Below are positions 29,017 to 37,789 of a DNA stretch of 64,000 nt, one piece after another (the stretch's first letter is position 1; each line of letters opens with the position of its first letter). The DNA is from Bdellovibrionales bacterium (GTDB taxonomy: Bacteria > Bdellovibrionota > Bdellovibrionia > Bdellovibrionales > UBA1609): assembly GCA_041739415.1 (NCBI GenBank), contig JBGSNU010000005.1, positions 192,028-256,027 on the forward strand, in the 5' to 3' direction. The position numbers were made by a program, and so were the translations under genes. The notes under the pieces were generated by a model. It was not told the DNA's origin. It was given only the letters and a program-made list of their open reading frames with translations, and did not search any database.

Positions 29017-29991
29017 ATGATATGCCGAACTCACATTCTTCTGGGCAGATCTGTGGCAAATAATTTAATTTTCAGCGTAGCTTTTGCAATCAGCTTCTTA
29101 GCGTCGTCACCGGCCTGGTGCAGTACAGGCGGGACAGCTTTTCAAATGATGGATAATCGAATTTTCACAAGTGTTTGGATCAATGGAAAAGGACCTTTTC
29201 GATTTATCTTCGATACCGGCGGAAACAATTCGATGACCTACGATTTAGCAAAGAAACTGGGGCTGACGGTCAAGCAGCTTGGAGATGGATCGGGGGCGGG
29301 CCCTGGTAAACAACCGATGGGTGGGACAGAAGTAGGTGCATTTCGGGTGGGTAACATTGAATTGAAGAATCAAGAATTTATTGTTTTAGATTATTCGAAA
29401 ATTCAGAAAGCATTCAATTTTCCCGCCTTAGATGGCATTTTTGGTCTAGAGATTCTGCAAAAATACCTGACCCTGATCGATTACGAAAGAAATCAGATGA
29501 CGTTCTTCAGTAATCTTCAAGACTTCGACAAAAAAGGCTTTGAGAAAGTTGGAGCCAAACTCTTGTTTGATAAGCCTTTTATCAAGTCTACCATCAATGG
29601 TTTGGAAGCAAATATGTTGATTGATACAGGGGATCGGTCGGCGCTGACGGTCACTAGGGGTTTCCTAAGAAATCCCAAGATTGAGCGTATTTTCATTGGA
29701 AAACCCGAGACTCTGACCGGCCAAGGGATTGGCGGCCCGATCTTGGCAAAAGTTTCGACTGTCGATCATCTAAAAATTACCAATAACATATTTTTGAAAA
29801 GTGTTGTTGTACGTGCGCCTACAGCCGAGGGAGGCTTTAACGCAATTCCTGAGCTCGATGCTAGCATTGGAAATGAGATCTTGAAACAGTTTTCGGTGGC
29901 TTTTGACTACAGAGGTGGCGCCATCTTTTTCGCAAAGAATAAAAATTTCGGCGCACCGACTAAATCCTACGAGGTTCCAAATCCGCAATAG
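29017..29991 (+). CDS. Secreted tandem retropepsin-like aspartyl protease (two DTG lobes)
   Basis: Hydrophobic N-terminus (LIFSVAFAISFLASSPAWC). Two aspartyl-protease motifs, FRFIFDTGGNNS and NMLIDTGDRS, each followed by a GIFGLE/IGNEIL-type flap or dimer-interface region. The longest ORF (from 28852) overlaps the upstream gene and was trimmed. Confidence 0.7.
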   Translation: MICRTHILLGRSVANNLIFSVAFAISFLASSPAWCSTGGTAFQMMDNRIFTSVWINGKGPFRFIFDTGGNNSMTYDLAKKLGLTVKQLGDGSGAGPGKQPMGGTEVGAFRVGNIELKNQEFIVLDYSKIQKAFNFPALDGIFGLEILQKYLTLIDYERNQMTFFSNLQDFDKKGFEKVGAKLLFDKPFIKSTINGLEANMLIDTGDRSALTVTRGFLRNPKIERIFIGKPETLTGQGIGGPILAKVSTVDHLKITNNIFLKSVVVRAPTAEGGFNAIPELDASIGNEILKQFSVAFDYRGGAIFFAKNKNFGAPTKSYEVPNPQ

Positions 29992-30201
29992 AGTTCAAAG
30001 CCACTGGTGGAACCATCGTTAAATGCACACGAGCAAACGACTTGGTAACATCGGCTTGAAGACTGTCGAGGCCGCTTACCTGACCTTAGGTAAATCTCGC
30101 AAAATATCTGTCGGAGTGGTCATGTCTGCAGTCGTGTTTAGACCGCGCCCTACATCTTAGGGATTGATTTTGCGAGCAACGACTGGTCAATTAGCCAGTA
30201 A

Positions 30202-31062
30202 ATGCGAATGTTATATGGAGCCGTCCATTTATTTTTATATTTTGTTTTTGCCCACCCGGCAGGTGCGGCGGCCCCTCAGGTCTTGCCGCCCGCATTGAAG
30301 GTGGCGGATGCCATCGAACAGTCGCAAAAATTTATGCTGGAGAAAAACCGACAGAAAGCCTTGCAGGTGCTCAATCAGTCGCTGGAGGGCTTGCCCCAAA
30401 AAAGTCGTAGCCGGGCGCGGTTGCTTGAATCTGTCCAGCAGCTGTCGAGCACGTTCTTTACGGACAAAGGGCAGCGACTTTTTGAGGCGGCCCAATCTTC
30501 AGTCTTTGAAAACCCCGAGGTGGGGATGGCGCGCTACCGAGAGGCTTTGGCTTTAGAAGATAACAACCTGTTGGTACTTATGGCATTGGCGCACGCGCAG
30601 TTGGCCAAGCAGGATTGTAGTGGCGCGCTCCAGACACTCGGTTTAGCCCGGCAGTTGACGGCGCATTTGCAAGAGCCACAGTTGCTTGAGATGCAGGCCT
30701 ACATTTGCGCGGGTAACTACGAGATGTTTCGCGAGCGATTTAAGCAGCTTTCGGTTGTGGATAAAAATTTAGAGTACTTCGCCCAATATCTTTCGGCGCT
30801 GGATCTGATTCAGCAAAAAATGTGGCAACGTGCGCACGGGCTGTTGATTCGTGTCACCGAGTTGCGCCCAGATTTTCCCGAGGCGTATTCGGCACTACAC
30901 AAAGTTCAGCGCGAGCTCGGTGAGCGAGAGAATGTATTTGGCGAAAACTATTTGAAACTCTGTAAAGCGGTCACTGTGCGCGAGCGTAAGCTTTATAGTC
31001 TTGAGCCCAGGCTGTGTGTTCACACAAAGGAAGTTGCGAATGAATTGGAAGCCAAAGACTAA
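30202..31062 (+). CDS. Secreted TPR-like helical-repeat protein
   Basis: Signal peptide (..AHPAGAA). All-helical repeats with TPR-like A/L/Y spacing. Confidence 0.65.
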   Translation: MRMLYGAVHLFLYFVFAHPAGAAAPQVLPPALKVADAIEQSQKFMLEKNRQKALQVLNQSLEGLPQKSRSRARLLESVQQLSSTFFTDKGQRLFEAAQSSVFENPEVGMARYREALALEDNNLLVLMALAHAQLAKQDCSGALQTLGLARQLTAHLQEPQLLEMQAYICAGNYEMFRERFKQLSVVDKNLEYFAQYLSALDLIQQKMWQRAHGLLIRVTELRPDFPEAYSALHKVQRELGERENVFGENYLKLCKAVTVRERKLYSLEPRLCVHTKEVANELEAKD

Positions 31063-31282
31063 TTTGTTAGTCGTTCTGTTTATGACAATAGTCCTTGTGG
31101 GCGCGGGTGGCTGTGGCGTCAAGGGTGACCCACTCCCGCCCGAAAAACCGACGGAGCTTGGCAGAGGCCGGCCAAACTATCGGCGAGCCACACAGGGCCT
31201 CAATTTAAAGTCTGTGCCCGATCCGAAAGAGCGATCAGATGAGAGCCTAGAGGAGGGAGAGGAAGATGCAGAAGACGAATAA
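31040..31282 (+). CDS. Small lipoprotein, LptM/YifL-like
   Basis: ATG 31040 after AAGGAAG. Lipobox LVGAGGC followed by GVKGDPLPPEKP, compared with E. coli YifL/LptM ..LTGCGLKGPLYFPP. Acidic tail. It lies directly upstream of a dap gene, as in many bacteria. Confidence 0.6.
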   Translation: MNWKPKTNLLVVLFMTIVLVGAGGCGVKGDPLPPEKPTELGRGRPNYRRATQGLNLKSVPDPKERSDESLEEGEEDAEDE

Positions 31283-32162
31283 ATTGTTTAACGGAGCAAT
31301 CACCGCAGTCGTTACTCCATTTAAGCGCGGCGATTTCGATCGCCCCTCGTTTGTAAAACTGCTGCACCAGCAAATGGCGCAAAACATTGATGGCGTAGTT
31401 ATTAACGGCACCACAGGCGAGAGCCCCAATCTAAAGCTAGATGAAATTAAGACGATGTATGACATCGCACGGGCGGAGGCGCGGGGCACGGGCCTGAAAG
31501 TGATTGTTGGCACCGGCTCAAACTCAACGCAGAAAACCTGTGAACTGAGTCAACTGGTCAGTGCTTGGGCACCGGAGGCGCTGTTGGTTGTTGTGCCCTA
31601 CTACAATCGTCCACCTCAGCGTGGGATGGTTCAGCACTTTCAAGCGGTGGCGCAAGCGGCGAGCGTCCCGATAATTCTATACAACGTTCCCTCCCGAACA
31701 GTGGCGAACCTCGATCCTCAGAGCGTGATTGAACTTAGCCACCACAAGAATATCTGCGGGATAAAAGATGCAACGGGCGATATGCGAATTCTGCAAGAGA
31801 TTATCAACGGCGTGCCTTCGGATTTTTGTTTGCTGTCTGGCGATGATGCCTCGTGCGTGGAGTTCGTGTATGGTGGTGGCGATGGCGTGATTTCAGTGAG
31901 CTCACATTTGATCGGGCGAGAAATGAAGGACGCGATGGCCCGGGCTAAGTCGGGTGAGGCCGCGGCGAGCTCCAGCTACAGATTGCAATATCAAGAGTTT
32001 ATGCGGCTTCTTTACATTGAGGCCAACCCCATCCCCGTCAAAATGGCTCTGCATTGGTCTGGGATACTTGAGTCACCGGAGTTGCGTTTGCCTTTGGTGG
32101 CATTGGATAAAAAATTTCACGGAGAATTTAAAGCGTGTCTAAAAAATCTCAAAAAATTATAA
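31266..32162 (+). CDS. dapA: 4-hydroxy-tetrahydrodipicolinate synthase
   Basis: GAITAVVTPF, INGTTGESPNL, PYYNRP, and the Schiff-base Lys context ICGIKDATGD. Confidence 0.95.
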   Translation: MQKTNKLFNGAITAVVTPFKRGDFDRPSFVKLLHQQMAQNIDGVVINGTTGESPNLKLDEIKTMYDIARAEARGTGLKVIVGTGSNSTQKTCELSQLVSAWAPEALLVVVPYYNRPPQRGMVQHFQAVAQAASVPIILYNVPSRTVANLDPQSVIELSHHKNICGIKDATGDMRILQEIINGVPSDFCLLSGDDASCVEFVYGGGDGVISVSSHLIGREMKDAMARAKSGEAAASSSYRLQYQEFMRLLYIEANPIPVKMALHWSGILESPELRLPLVALDKKFHGEFKACLKNLKKL

Positions 32163-32845
32163 ACGTCGCTCTCAGTGGAGCGCGTGGCCGCATGGGTGCA
32201 GAAATTCAATTGCTCGCCTCAAGCGACTCCGGCGAAGCGCAAATCGTCGTCAAGGCGGAGATCAATCGGGCGCAGGATTGGAAGCGCCTCGATTCGGAGG
32301 CCGCAGATCTGGTCATAGACTTCTCAAATCCGAGGGGCGCGCTCAAAGCACTAGAGTGGGCGTTAGAAAACTCAAAGCCTATCGTTTGTGGAACAACCGG
32401 CTTGGCGAAGGCGGAGCTTCGGCGCTTTCAATCGGCAGCACGTAAAATACCCGTGCTCTACTCCGCCAATATGAGTCAGGGAATTGCGGCGTTGAACTCC
32501 ATGCTCCGCAGTCTTCAGGCCCTGCCCGGCTGGGACTTTCAGGTGGATGAAGTGCACCACAGTCGGAAAAAAGACCGCCCCAGTGGCACTGCCCTATTGT
32601 TGCAAGACGTCGCACAGCGGGCTGTGGGTAGAAAGCTGCCTCCGCCCAACTCTATTCGAGGCGGCGGCGTGCCTGGAATTCACCAAATCTGGGCCATGGG
32701 GCCAGAAGAGATGCTGGTCTTGCAGCACACAGCATTTCAGCGGGCGGTTTTTGCTCGGGGGGCGTTAGCGGCGGCTCGGTGGTTGTTTGACAAAAATACC
32801 GCTGGAATTTATGACTTATCCGATCTTTATCCAATTCATTCATGA
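32135..32845 (+). CDS. dapB: 4-hydroxy-tetrahydrodipicolinate reductase
   Basis: GTG start after GGAGAA. NAD(P) loop GARGRMG and catalytic region EVHHSRKKDRPSGTAL. Confidence 0.92.
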   Translation: MSKKSQKIINVALSGARGRMGAEIQLLASSDSGEAQIVVKAEINRAQDWKRLDSEAADLVIDFSNPRGALKALEWALENSKPIVCGTTGLAKAELRRFQSAARKIPVLYSANMSQGIAALNSMLRSLQALPGWDFQVDEVHHSRKKDRPSGTALLLQDVAQRAVGRKLPPPNSIRGGGVPGIHQIWAMGPEEMLVLQHTAFQRAVFARGALAAARWLFDKNTAGIYDLSDLYPIHS

Positions 32846-32857
32846 GAAGGGTGTTCC

Positions 32858-33511
32858 ATGCAATTTTATATCGACTCAGCTGATATCGAAGAAATCCGCC
32901 AAGCCAATAAGCGAGGTTGGGTCGATGGCGTAACGACCAATCCCACTCTCGTAGCGAAAGTTGGCCGCAAAAATGAAGATGTGATTCGAGACATCTGCAA
33001 AGAAGTTAAGGGTCTAGTATCTGCTGAGGTTTTGAGCCTCGAGGCAGACGAGATGGTTCGCGAAGGTTTGGCCTTGGCTAAAATCGCGGACAATGTGGTT
33101 GTGAAGATTCCCATGTGCGAAGAGGGTCTAGTGGCTGTTCGGCGCTTAGCGTCTGAAGGCATTAAGACAAACGTGACGTTGATCTTCTCACCCCTGCAGG
33201 CCCTCCTCGTGGCAAAGGCCGGTGCCACCTTGGTTAGTCCGTTTGTGGGCCGTCTCGATGATATCTCAACTGACGGCATGGAGTTGATTAGTCAGATTAC
33301 TCAAATCTATGAAAACTACGATTTGGATACTCAAATTCTAGTCGCGAGTATTCGTCATCCCGTGCATGTTTTGCAGTCCGCCCTGATTGGCGCAGACATT
33401 GTGACCTGCCCCTACAAAGTTATGCAGCAACTTGTGAATCATCCGCTCACTGAAAAGGGAATTTCTCAGTTTCTGAAGGATGCACAGGCCAACAAACAGA
33501 ACAACAAATAG
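32858..33511 (+). CDS. tal: Transaldolase / fructose-6-phosphate aldolase family (short, subfamily 3B)
   Basis: 217 aa. [13 protein letters not shown]......[11 protein letters not shown], Schiff-base Lys in VVVKIP, and SPFVGRLDD. Confidence 0.92.
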   Translation: MQFYIDSADIEEIRQANKRGWVDGVTTNPTLVAKVGRKNEDVIRDICKEVKGLVSAEVLSLEADEMVREGLALAKIADNVVVKIPMCEEGLVAVRRLASEGIKTNVTLIFSPLQALLVAKAGATLVSPFVGRLDDISTDGMELISQITQIYENYDLDTQILVASIRHPVHVLQSALIGADIVTCPYKVMQQLVNHPLTEKGISQFLKDAQANKQNNK

Positions 33512-33577
33512 GCTAGATCACGGGCAGAAGGCTCCTACCATCGCACGAAACGGGTTCGAGTCGAGGAAGGATAGCGA

Positions 33578-34054
33578 ATGGTTGTTCAGTCTGCTCTAAT
33601 GGTCTTTTGTCGTGTGGTTATTCTATCGGTTATAACTGGCTGCTCGATTCTTGGGTCGGGCCGCTACACAGTCAGAGTCACAGAATTAAATCACCCACTG
33701 CAGCTGTTACAAAAGTTGGTTGTAGAGAGCTTGCCGAGAGGCCATAGAACCAACAGCCCAAACGGTCGCGAGTTTATGTCTAAGTATTACCAAGTTATTA
33801 AGGGGAGTTACAAAGACGCTGAGGACTCCGTTGATCGGTTTTATGCCCACGTTGCGATTCTTGGCGATCGCCGGCCCTATGTCATTGAGATCAAAGTTCT
33901 TCAAGAAGAACGCGTTTTACAGGGGGAGTCCGTTGGCTATGAGCGGGTTGGCTATAGCTTGCGACTAGCCAAAGAGCTGGAAAAGACCATCCGCCTTCGA
34001 CTCACCAAACGTCGTGAAGATCTTAACATCATTGACGATTTTCGAGCATTCTAG
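33578..34054 (+). CDS. Lipoprotein, function unknown
   Basis: RBS GAGGAAGGA and lipobox SVITGC. 158 aa with no family recognised. Confidence 0.6.
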   Translation: MVVQSALMVFCRVVILSVITGCSILGSGRYTVRVTELNHPLQLLQKLVVESLPRGHRTNSPNGREFMSKYYQVIKGSYKDAEDSVDRFYAHVAILGDRRPYVIEIKVLQEERVLQGESVGYERVGYSLRLAKELEKTIRLRLTKRREDLNIIDDFRAF

Positions 34055-34093
34055 ATAGACTACTCATGCTTGGTCACGGTTGGAACTTCAAGG

Positions 34094-36175
34094 ATGAGGA
34101 TGCCGCCTTTGCAGAGAATACTCTCGGTTAGAAATCCAAATGCCTTTTGGTCCCGCATCGTTGCGGTTTCTGTTTTTTTATTTCCACTCTCGCTCCAACA
34201 CTTAGATTTTCGTGCCACATTTTTATCGGGCTTATCCGTATCTGCGCACAAAGCTTCGCCTGCCTATGCTGCGTTTCAAGATTTGCATGAAGACTACGAC
34301 TCGACCGGCCTGACTTTCCCCGAAAATGCGCAGCAGCTTATGTCTGGCTCGCCCTTCGATTTTGATCGAGCCATTCAATCGCAACCGACTGTTCGCCAAA
34401 TCACCTTGGCAGGAATGAACATTCGGAGCCCACCTCCCCGCCCAATATATGTTGCAGGCGAAGTTGCACGCGCGCCGGTGGCAGTGGCCCTTCCCCCTAG
34501 GGCAAAGCTCCAGGATATGGGGCGCGACCAATTGCCTTTGAACGAGCGCAGAGCGCAACTCCTGGCGGAGCTCGAGGGTGAAAATTGGAAGGTGCCTTCG
34601 GTGGCGACCGCGGTGCAAGAGCTCCTCGGGAAGCATGTGCAGACGTCTCCAACGCCAGCCACCCGAATTGTGCAAAATCCGGGTGCGGTCATCCGCCGAG
34701 TGGAAGCGCCCACTTTAGCTGGAGCTTCGTTGCCCACGGGAGTGGTGTTGGCAGGACAAGTGGAGCTCACTTTAGGACTGGCCGCTGTGGGACCCGAAAC
34801 TCCAATTACGGTCAAGCGTGTTTACAACGGTAAAAAATTTGAAGAGGGCAGGCTATGGGTCACCGAGGGCCGATTTGAGATTCGCGTGAGCGAGCCCGTG
34901 GGACATCTGGTCGCCGAGTTAAAGACCCTGAACGGCACAGTGTTGGGCCAAGGCGAATACAGTTTAGTAAATTTGGCGAAGTCTCGGCCGCAAACTAAAC
35001 AGATCAACGGACTCAGAATTGAGCTTAGACCAACCGCTGAGGTGGCGACGCTGTTTGCGACGGGCGATAAGTCCTATGGAGATCATCGAGTGGCGCACAC
35101 TTCAGCTCGCGTGGAGATTGAGGCGCACTCGGATCCGCAAAAGGTGAATGAAGAAGGCATTGTGAGAGATCACTCGCTTAATCGTGAATCTTCATTTGTA
35201 GCTCGGGCCACGGCAAAGGATCACTGGCCGTCCATAGTTGTGGGTCAAGCGCAGGTTCCCCACGAGATTCGCGTCTTCTCCAATAAAATGATCGGTGCAC
35301 TTATTGATTTGAATCTTTCTGGAATAGAGCGAAGAGAGGCGCACCAGCTTGGAATAGTTTGGGGAAAAGTTACGCGCAAAGGTAAGGTCGTGGCCGGAGC
35401 GCAGGTCCAGTTGGCCGGGGGATTAAAGCCCATCTACTTTAATGAAATCTACCTGCCAGATTCTAAGCTAACTGCGACCGGCGCCAACGGCATGTTCGCT
35501 TTTGTTCGAGTTCCACCCGGAGTTCAAGCTCTTCGAGTCAATGCAGACAAGAGCTGGATACCCGCGCAGATCTTTGCCAGCGAGAATAAACATGTCTCAT
35601 TTGTCGATGTCGAAATTCGCGAAAAGGTGGCCACCCAGCTTCGAATATTTGATGGATTTGAAGTGGCAAAGCCAGTGAGCGCGAGTGTCCGACTCGTGGG
35701 GGACGAAGCCAGTCTCGCCGTCAATCAAGAAGACATGGTTGAGTTAAGCGTTGCAGGCAATCCCTATTTGCTCGAGGCCGAGGCGAAGGGCGATTATTTG
35801 GTGTCTCGCGTGACGGTTGTGGGGGCACCACACACGGTGTATCTGCCACTCTTTACCCGCGCGTGGGTGAATGGATTTTTGGTGGCTAAGGATGTGAGCC
35901 AGCGCCCCGATCGAGGCATCGTGATTGGGTTGGTTGATGAGTTGGTGAATGGCGTGGAGCTGACCGGCTATGCGCGTGATGAAAAGATGCAAATTTTTTA
36001 CTTCGATGCGCAGGGAAATCCGCGGCAAATTAAAATGGAAGCGGGAGTTGGCGGCGGGTTTTTCATTGCCAATGCGCCGAATGGTCTACAGACATTATTT
36101 ATACATAGTGATCGAGAGATCTTCAGCCAAACAGTAGTTGCTGAGCCCGAAGTTCTACAAGTCGTTACACATTAG
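34094..36175 (+). CDS. Large envelope protein of unknown function with carboxypeptidase-regulatory-like beta-sandwich segment(s)
   Basis: About 690 aa with an N-terminal hydrophobic anchor (FWSRIVAVSVFLFPL). Segments such as TATGANGMFAFVRVPPGVQALRV resemble CarboxypepD_reg folds. The start is uncertain (34070, 34094 or 34100). Confidence 0.6.
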   Translation: MRMPPLQRILSVRNPNAFWSRIVAVSVFLFPLSLQHLDFRATFLSGLSVSAHKASPAYAAFQDLHEDYDSTGLTFPENAQQLMSGSPFDFDRAIQSQPTVRQITLAGMNIRSPPPRPIYVAGEVARAPVAVALPPRAKLQDMGRDQLPLNERRAQLLAELEGENWKVPSVATAVQELLGKHVQTSPTPATRIVQNPGAVIRRVEAPTLAGASLPTGVVLAGQVELTLGLAAVGPETPITVKRVYNGKKFEEGRLWVTEGRFEIRVSEPVGHLVAELKTLNGTVLGQGEYSLVNLAKSRPQTKQINGLRIELRPTAEVATLFATGDKSYGDHRVAHTSARVEIEAHSDPQKVNEEGIVRDHSLNRESSFVARATAKDHWPSIVVGQAQVPHEIRVFSNKMIGALIDLNLSGIERREAHQLGIVWGKVTRKGKVVAGAQVQLAGGLKPIYFNEIYLPDSKLTATGANGMFAFVRVPPGVQALRVNADKSWIPAQIFASENKHVSFVDVEIREKVATQLRIFDGFEVAKPVSASVRLVGDEASLAVNQEDMVELSVAGNPYLLEAEAKGDYLVSRVTVVGAPHTVYLPLFTRAWVNGFLVAKDVSQRPDRGIVIGLVDELVNGVELTGYARDEKMQIFYFDAQGNPRQIKMEAGVGGGFFIANAPNGLQTLFIHSDREIFSQTVVAEPEVLQVVTH

Positions 36176-37566
36176 GTCCGCGGGCGACGGCGCGTGTCTT
36201 GCGTGCCGATCTGGCGTAAAACCCTATCTTTGTAACCGGGAGGCAAGTGCAGATTAAAACCCCTTGGCAGGTACGCATTACGCCGAATAGCTAAGCGCAA
36301 ATCCAAATTATATCGTAAAAGTTCAGCGCTAGGCAGGCCAGTGATCTTTTCGAGGTAGCGGACACGAGTTTTTCCAGCCAGCTTTAAGGTCTCGATTCTT
36401 TGTAGGGGCTCTCGTGGCGTGTCCTTAAAGAGGAGTTCATTGTACTTTTCAGCGTAGAGTGCAGCCAAAAAGCAGGTGTAAAAATTCGATGAGGCAAATT
36501 TAAAGTGTCCCCCGTGGTAGCGCTCGATGATCTCGTGCAGCTCTCGTGAGCGGGCACGCTTGATCGCCGTTTGAATATTGCCAATTCCGTGATTGTACGA
36601 AGTGATCGTAAGCGGCCAGGATTTCATGGCGCGATAGTATGAGCGGAGCAGGCGACCGGCGGCGGCGGTGGCTTTGATGGGGTTGTTCCGCTCGTCAATA
36701 TTGTCGCTAACAATCATATAGGCTTTGCCTGTGCGAGGCATAATTTGCCAGATCCCACTGGCGCCGACTTTTGATCGCGCGTCTTCGTTGAAGCTGCTCT
36801 CGACAAAAGGCATGCGGGTCAACTCGGTTGGGAGCCCCAGCCTTTTAAACTCTTCCTCCATATAAGGAATGTATTTACTGCTGTTGATAAGTCCGCGCTC
36901 AAAAAAATCGCGTTGCCCAAGCTGACTGCGCACGTTTCGAGCGGCAGTTAAAATCACCTTCCGTCGGGGGCCAGGCACGGCCTTTAGGGTCTCAAACAGT
37001 TCTTGTTCAAGTGCGGGAAGTTTGGCGTAGCTTTTCCGTTTGGCGAGTCGGTAAAGAGCTGCGCGGATATTTTTTGTCGTCGCACGACCGAGCTTCTGTG
37101 AACGATCTCGCCTCAGCCACTTGGGGCCCTTGCTATTTTGCAGAAGGTCAGTGGTGTCTACCACCTTAAAGACAATCCAAGGGTAAAGCACGTGGTGCAC
37201 AATGTGATGGGCCTCGCCATAGCGTGTGTAGATGTCGAACCAAAATGCAGTTCTTTGGCGCAAGCCCTCGTGGATTTTAAACTCGGGTGAAATTCGATTG
37301 CTGGAGTCACTGAGGATCTTATCTCGAAGGGCGGGCCAAGCTGCTGGAGACTGTAGCGTTGGGGGCTCCGTTCGAATCGGCGAGCTGCCTTGCCCTTGGA
37401 TGGCATTGAGAGGAAAGGACTCAGAAGGAATTTCTGGCGAAAACTCAGAGCGGTTTTCTGTGGGAGTCATCTCGTTTGAGTCGCGGATGATAGAACTGTG
37501 CCCTACAGGCAAACCCACAAAGAGAATTAAGGCAAAAAAATTAAAACGGAAGAGCTCCCACAGCAT
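36172..37566 (-). CDS. Membrane-bound lytic murein transglycosylase (MltD-like, SLT domain)
   Basis: Signal peptide. SLT catalytic region MPFVESSFNEDARSKVGASGIWQIMPRTG (catalytic Glu-Ser). C-terminal LysM-like segment. Confidence 0.85.
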   Translation of the reverse strand: MLWELFRFNFFALILFVGLPVGHSSIIRDSNEMTPTENRSEFSPEIPSESFPLNAIQGQGSSPIRTEPPTLQSPAAWPALRDKILSDSSNRISPEFKIHEGLRQRTAFWFDIYTRYGEAHHIVHHVLYPWIVFKVVDTTDLLQNSKGPKWLRRDRSQKLGRATTKNIRAALYRLAKRKSYAKLPALEQELFETLKAVPGPRRKVILTAARNVRSQLGQRDFFERGLINSSKYIPYMEEEFKRLGLPTELTRMPFVESSFNEDARSKVGASGIWQIMPRTGKAYMIVSDNIDERNNPIKATAAAGRLLRSYYRAMKSWPLTITSYNHGIGNIQTAIKRARSRELHEIIERYHGGHFKFASSNFYTCFLAALYAEKYNELLFKDTPREPLQRIETLKLAGKTRVRYLEKITGLPSAELLRYNLDLRLAIRRNAYLPRGFNLHLPPGYKDRVLRQIGTQDTRRRPRT

Positions 37567-37789
37567 GACCTAACACACAGCAAGATACGAGCCAGCCTTA
37601 GAGGTGGTTTATATAGTATAATCAGTACCTTACGCGTCACGCCTAGCCTTAAATTGTCACAGGCGATACAAAATAAAGGCTCCTGTTCTCCCATGGGGCG
37701 GGGAATGACCCGGGGCGAGCCTGAATGCAAATGGCTTCCCTTTAGATTCGAGATGGGTTTAAATTTTGAGGAATTTGAGTGGAGGACAC

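Noticed and set aside
30096-30176. Perfect 10-bp inverted repeat CTCGCAAAAT ... ATTTTGCGAG with a 61-nt spacer, in the gap before the 30202 gene
   Set aside because: The repeat does not extend, the spacer has no evident structure or ORF, and there are no flanking direct repeats. It could be a regulatory or remnant element, but the evidence is too thin to call.
33540-33577. GGGTTCGAGTC sequence resembling a tRNA T-arm, and TAGCTCAG at about 22170 resembling a D-loop
   Set aside because: Neither can be extended into a cloverleaf with acceptor and anticodon stems. I found no tRNA in the window.
34232-34815. Two overlapping minus-strand ORFs of 146-147 aa
   Set aside because: They are antisense to the N-terminal third of the 34094-36175 ORF. 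The products are Arg/Pro/Gly-rich, there is no RBS, and the plus-strand frame continues uninterrupted for about 2.1 kb.
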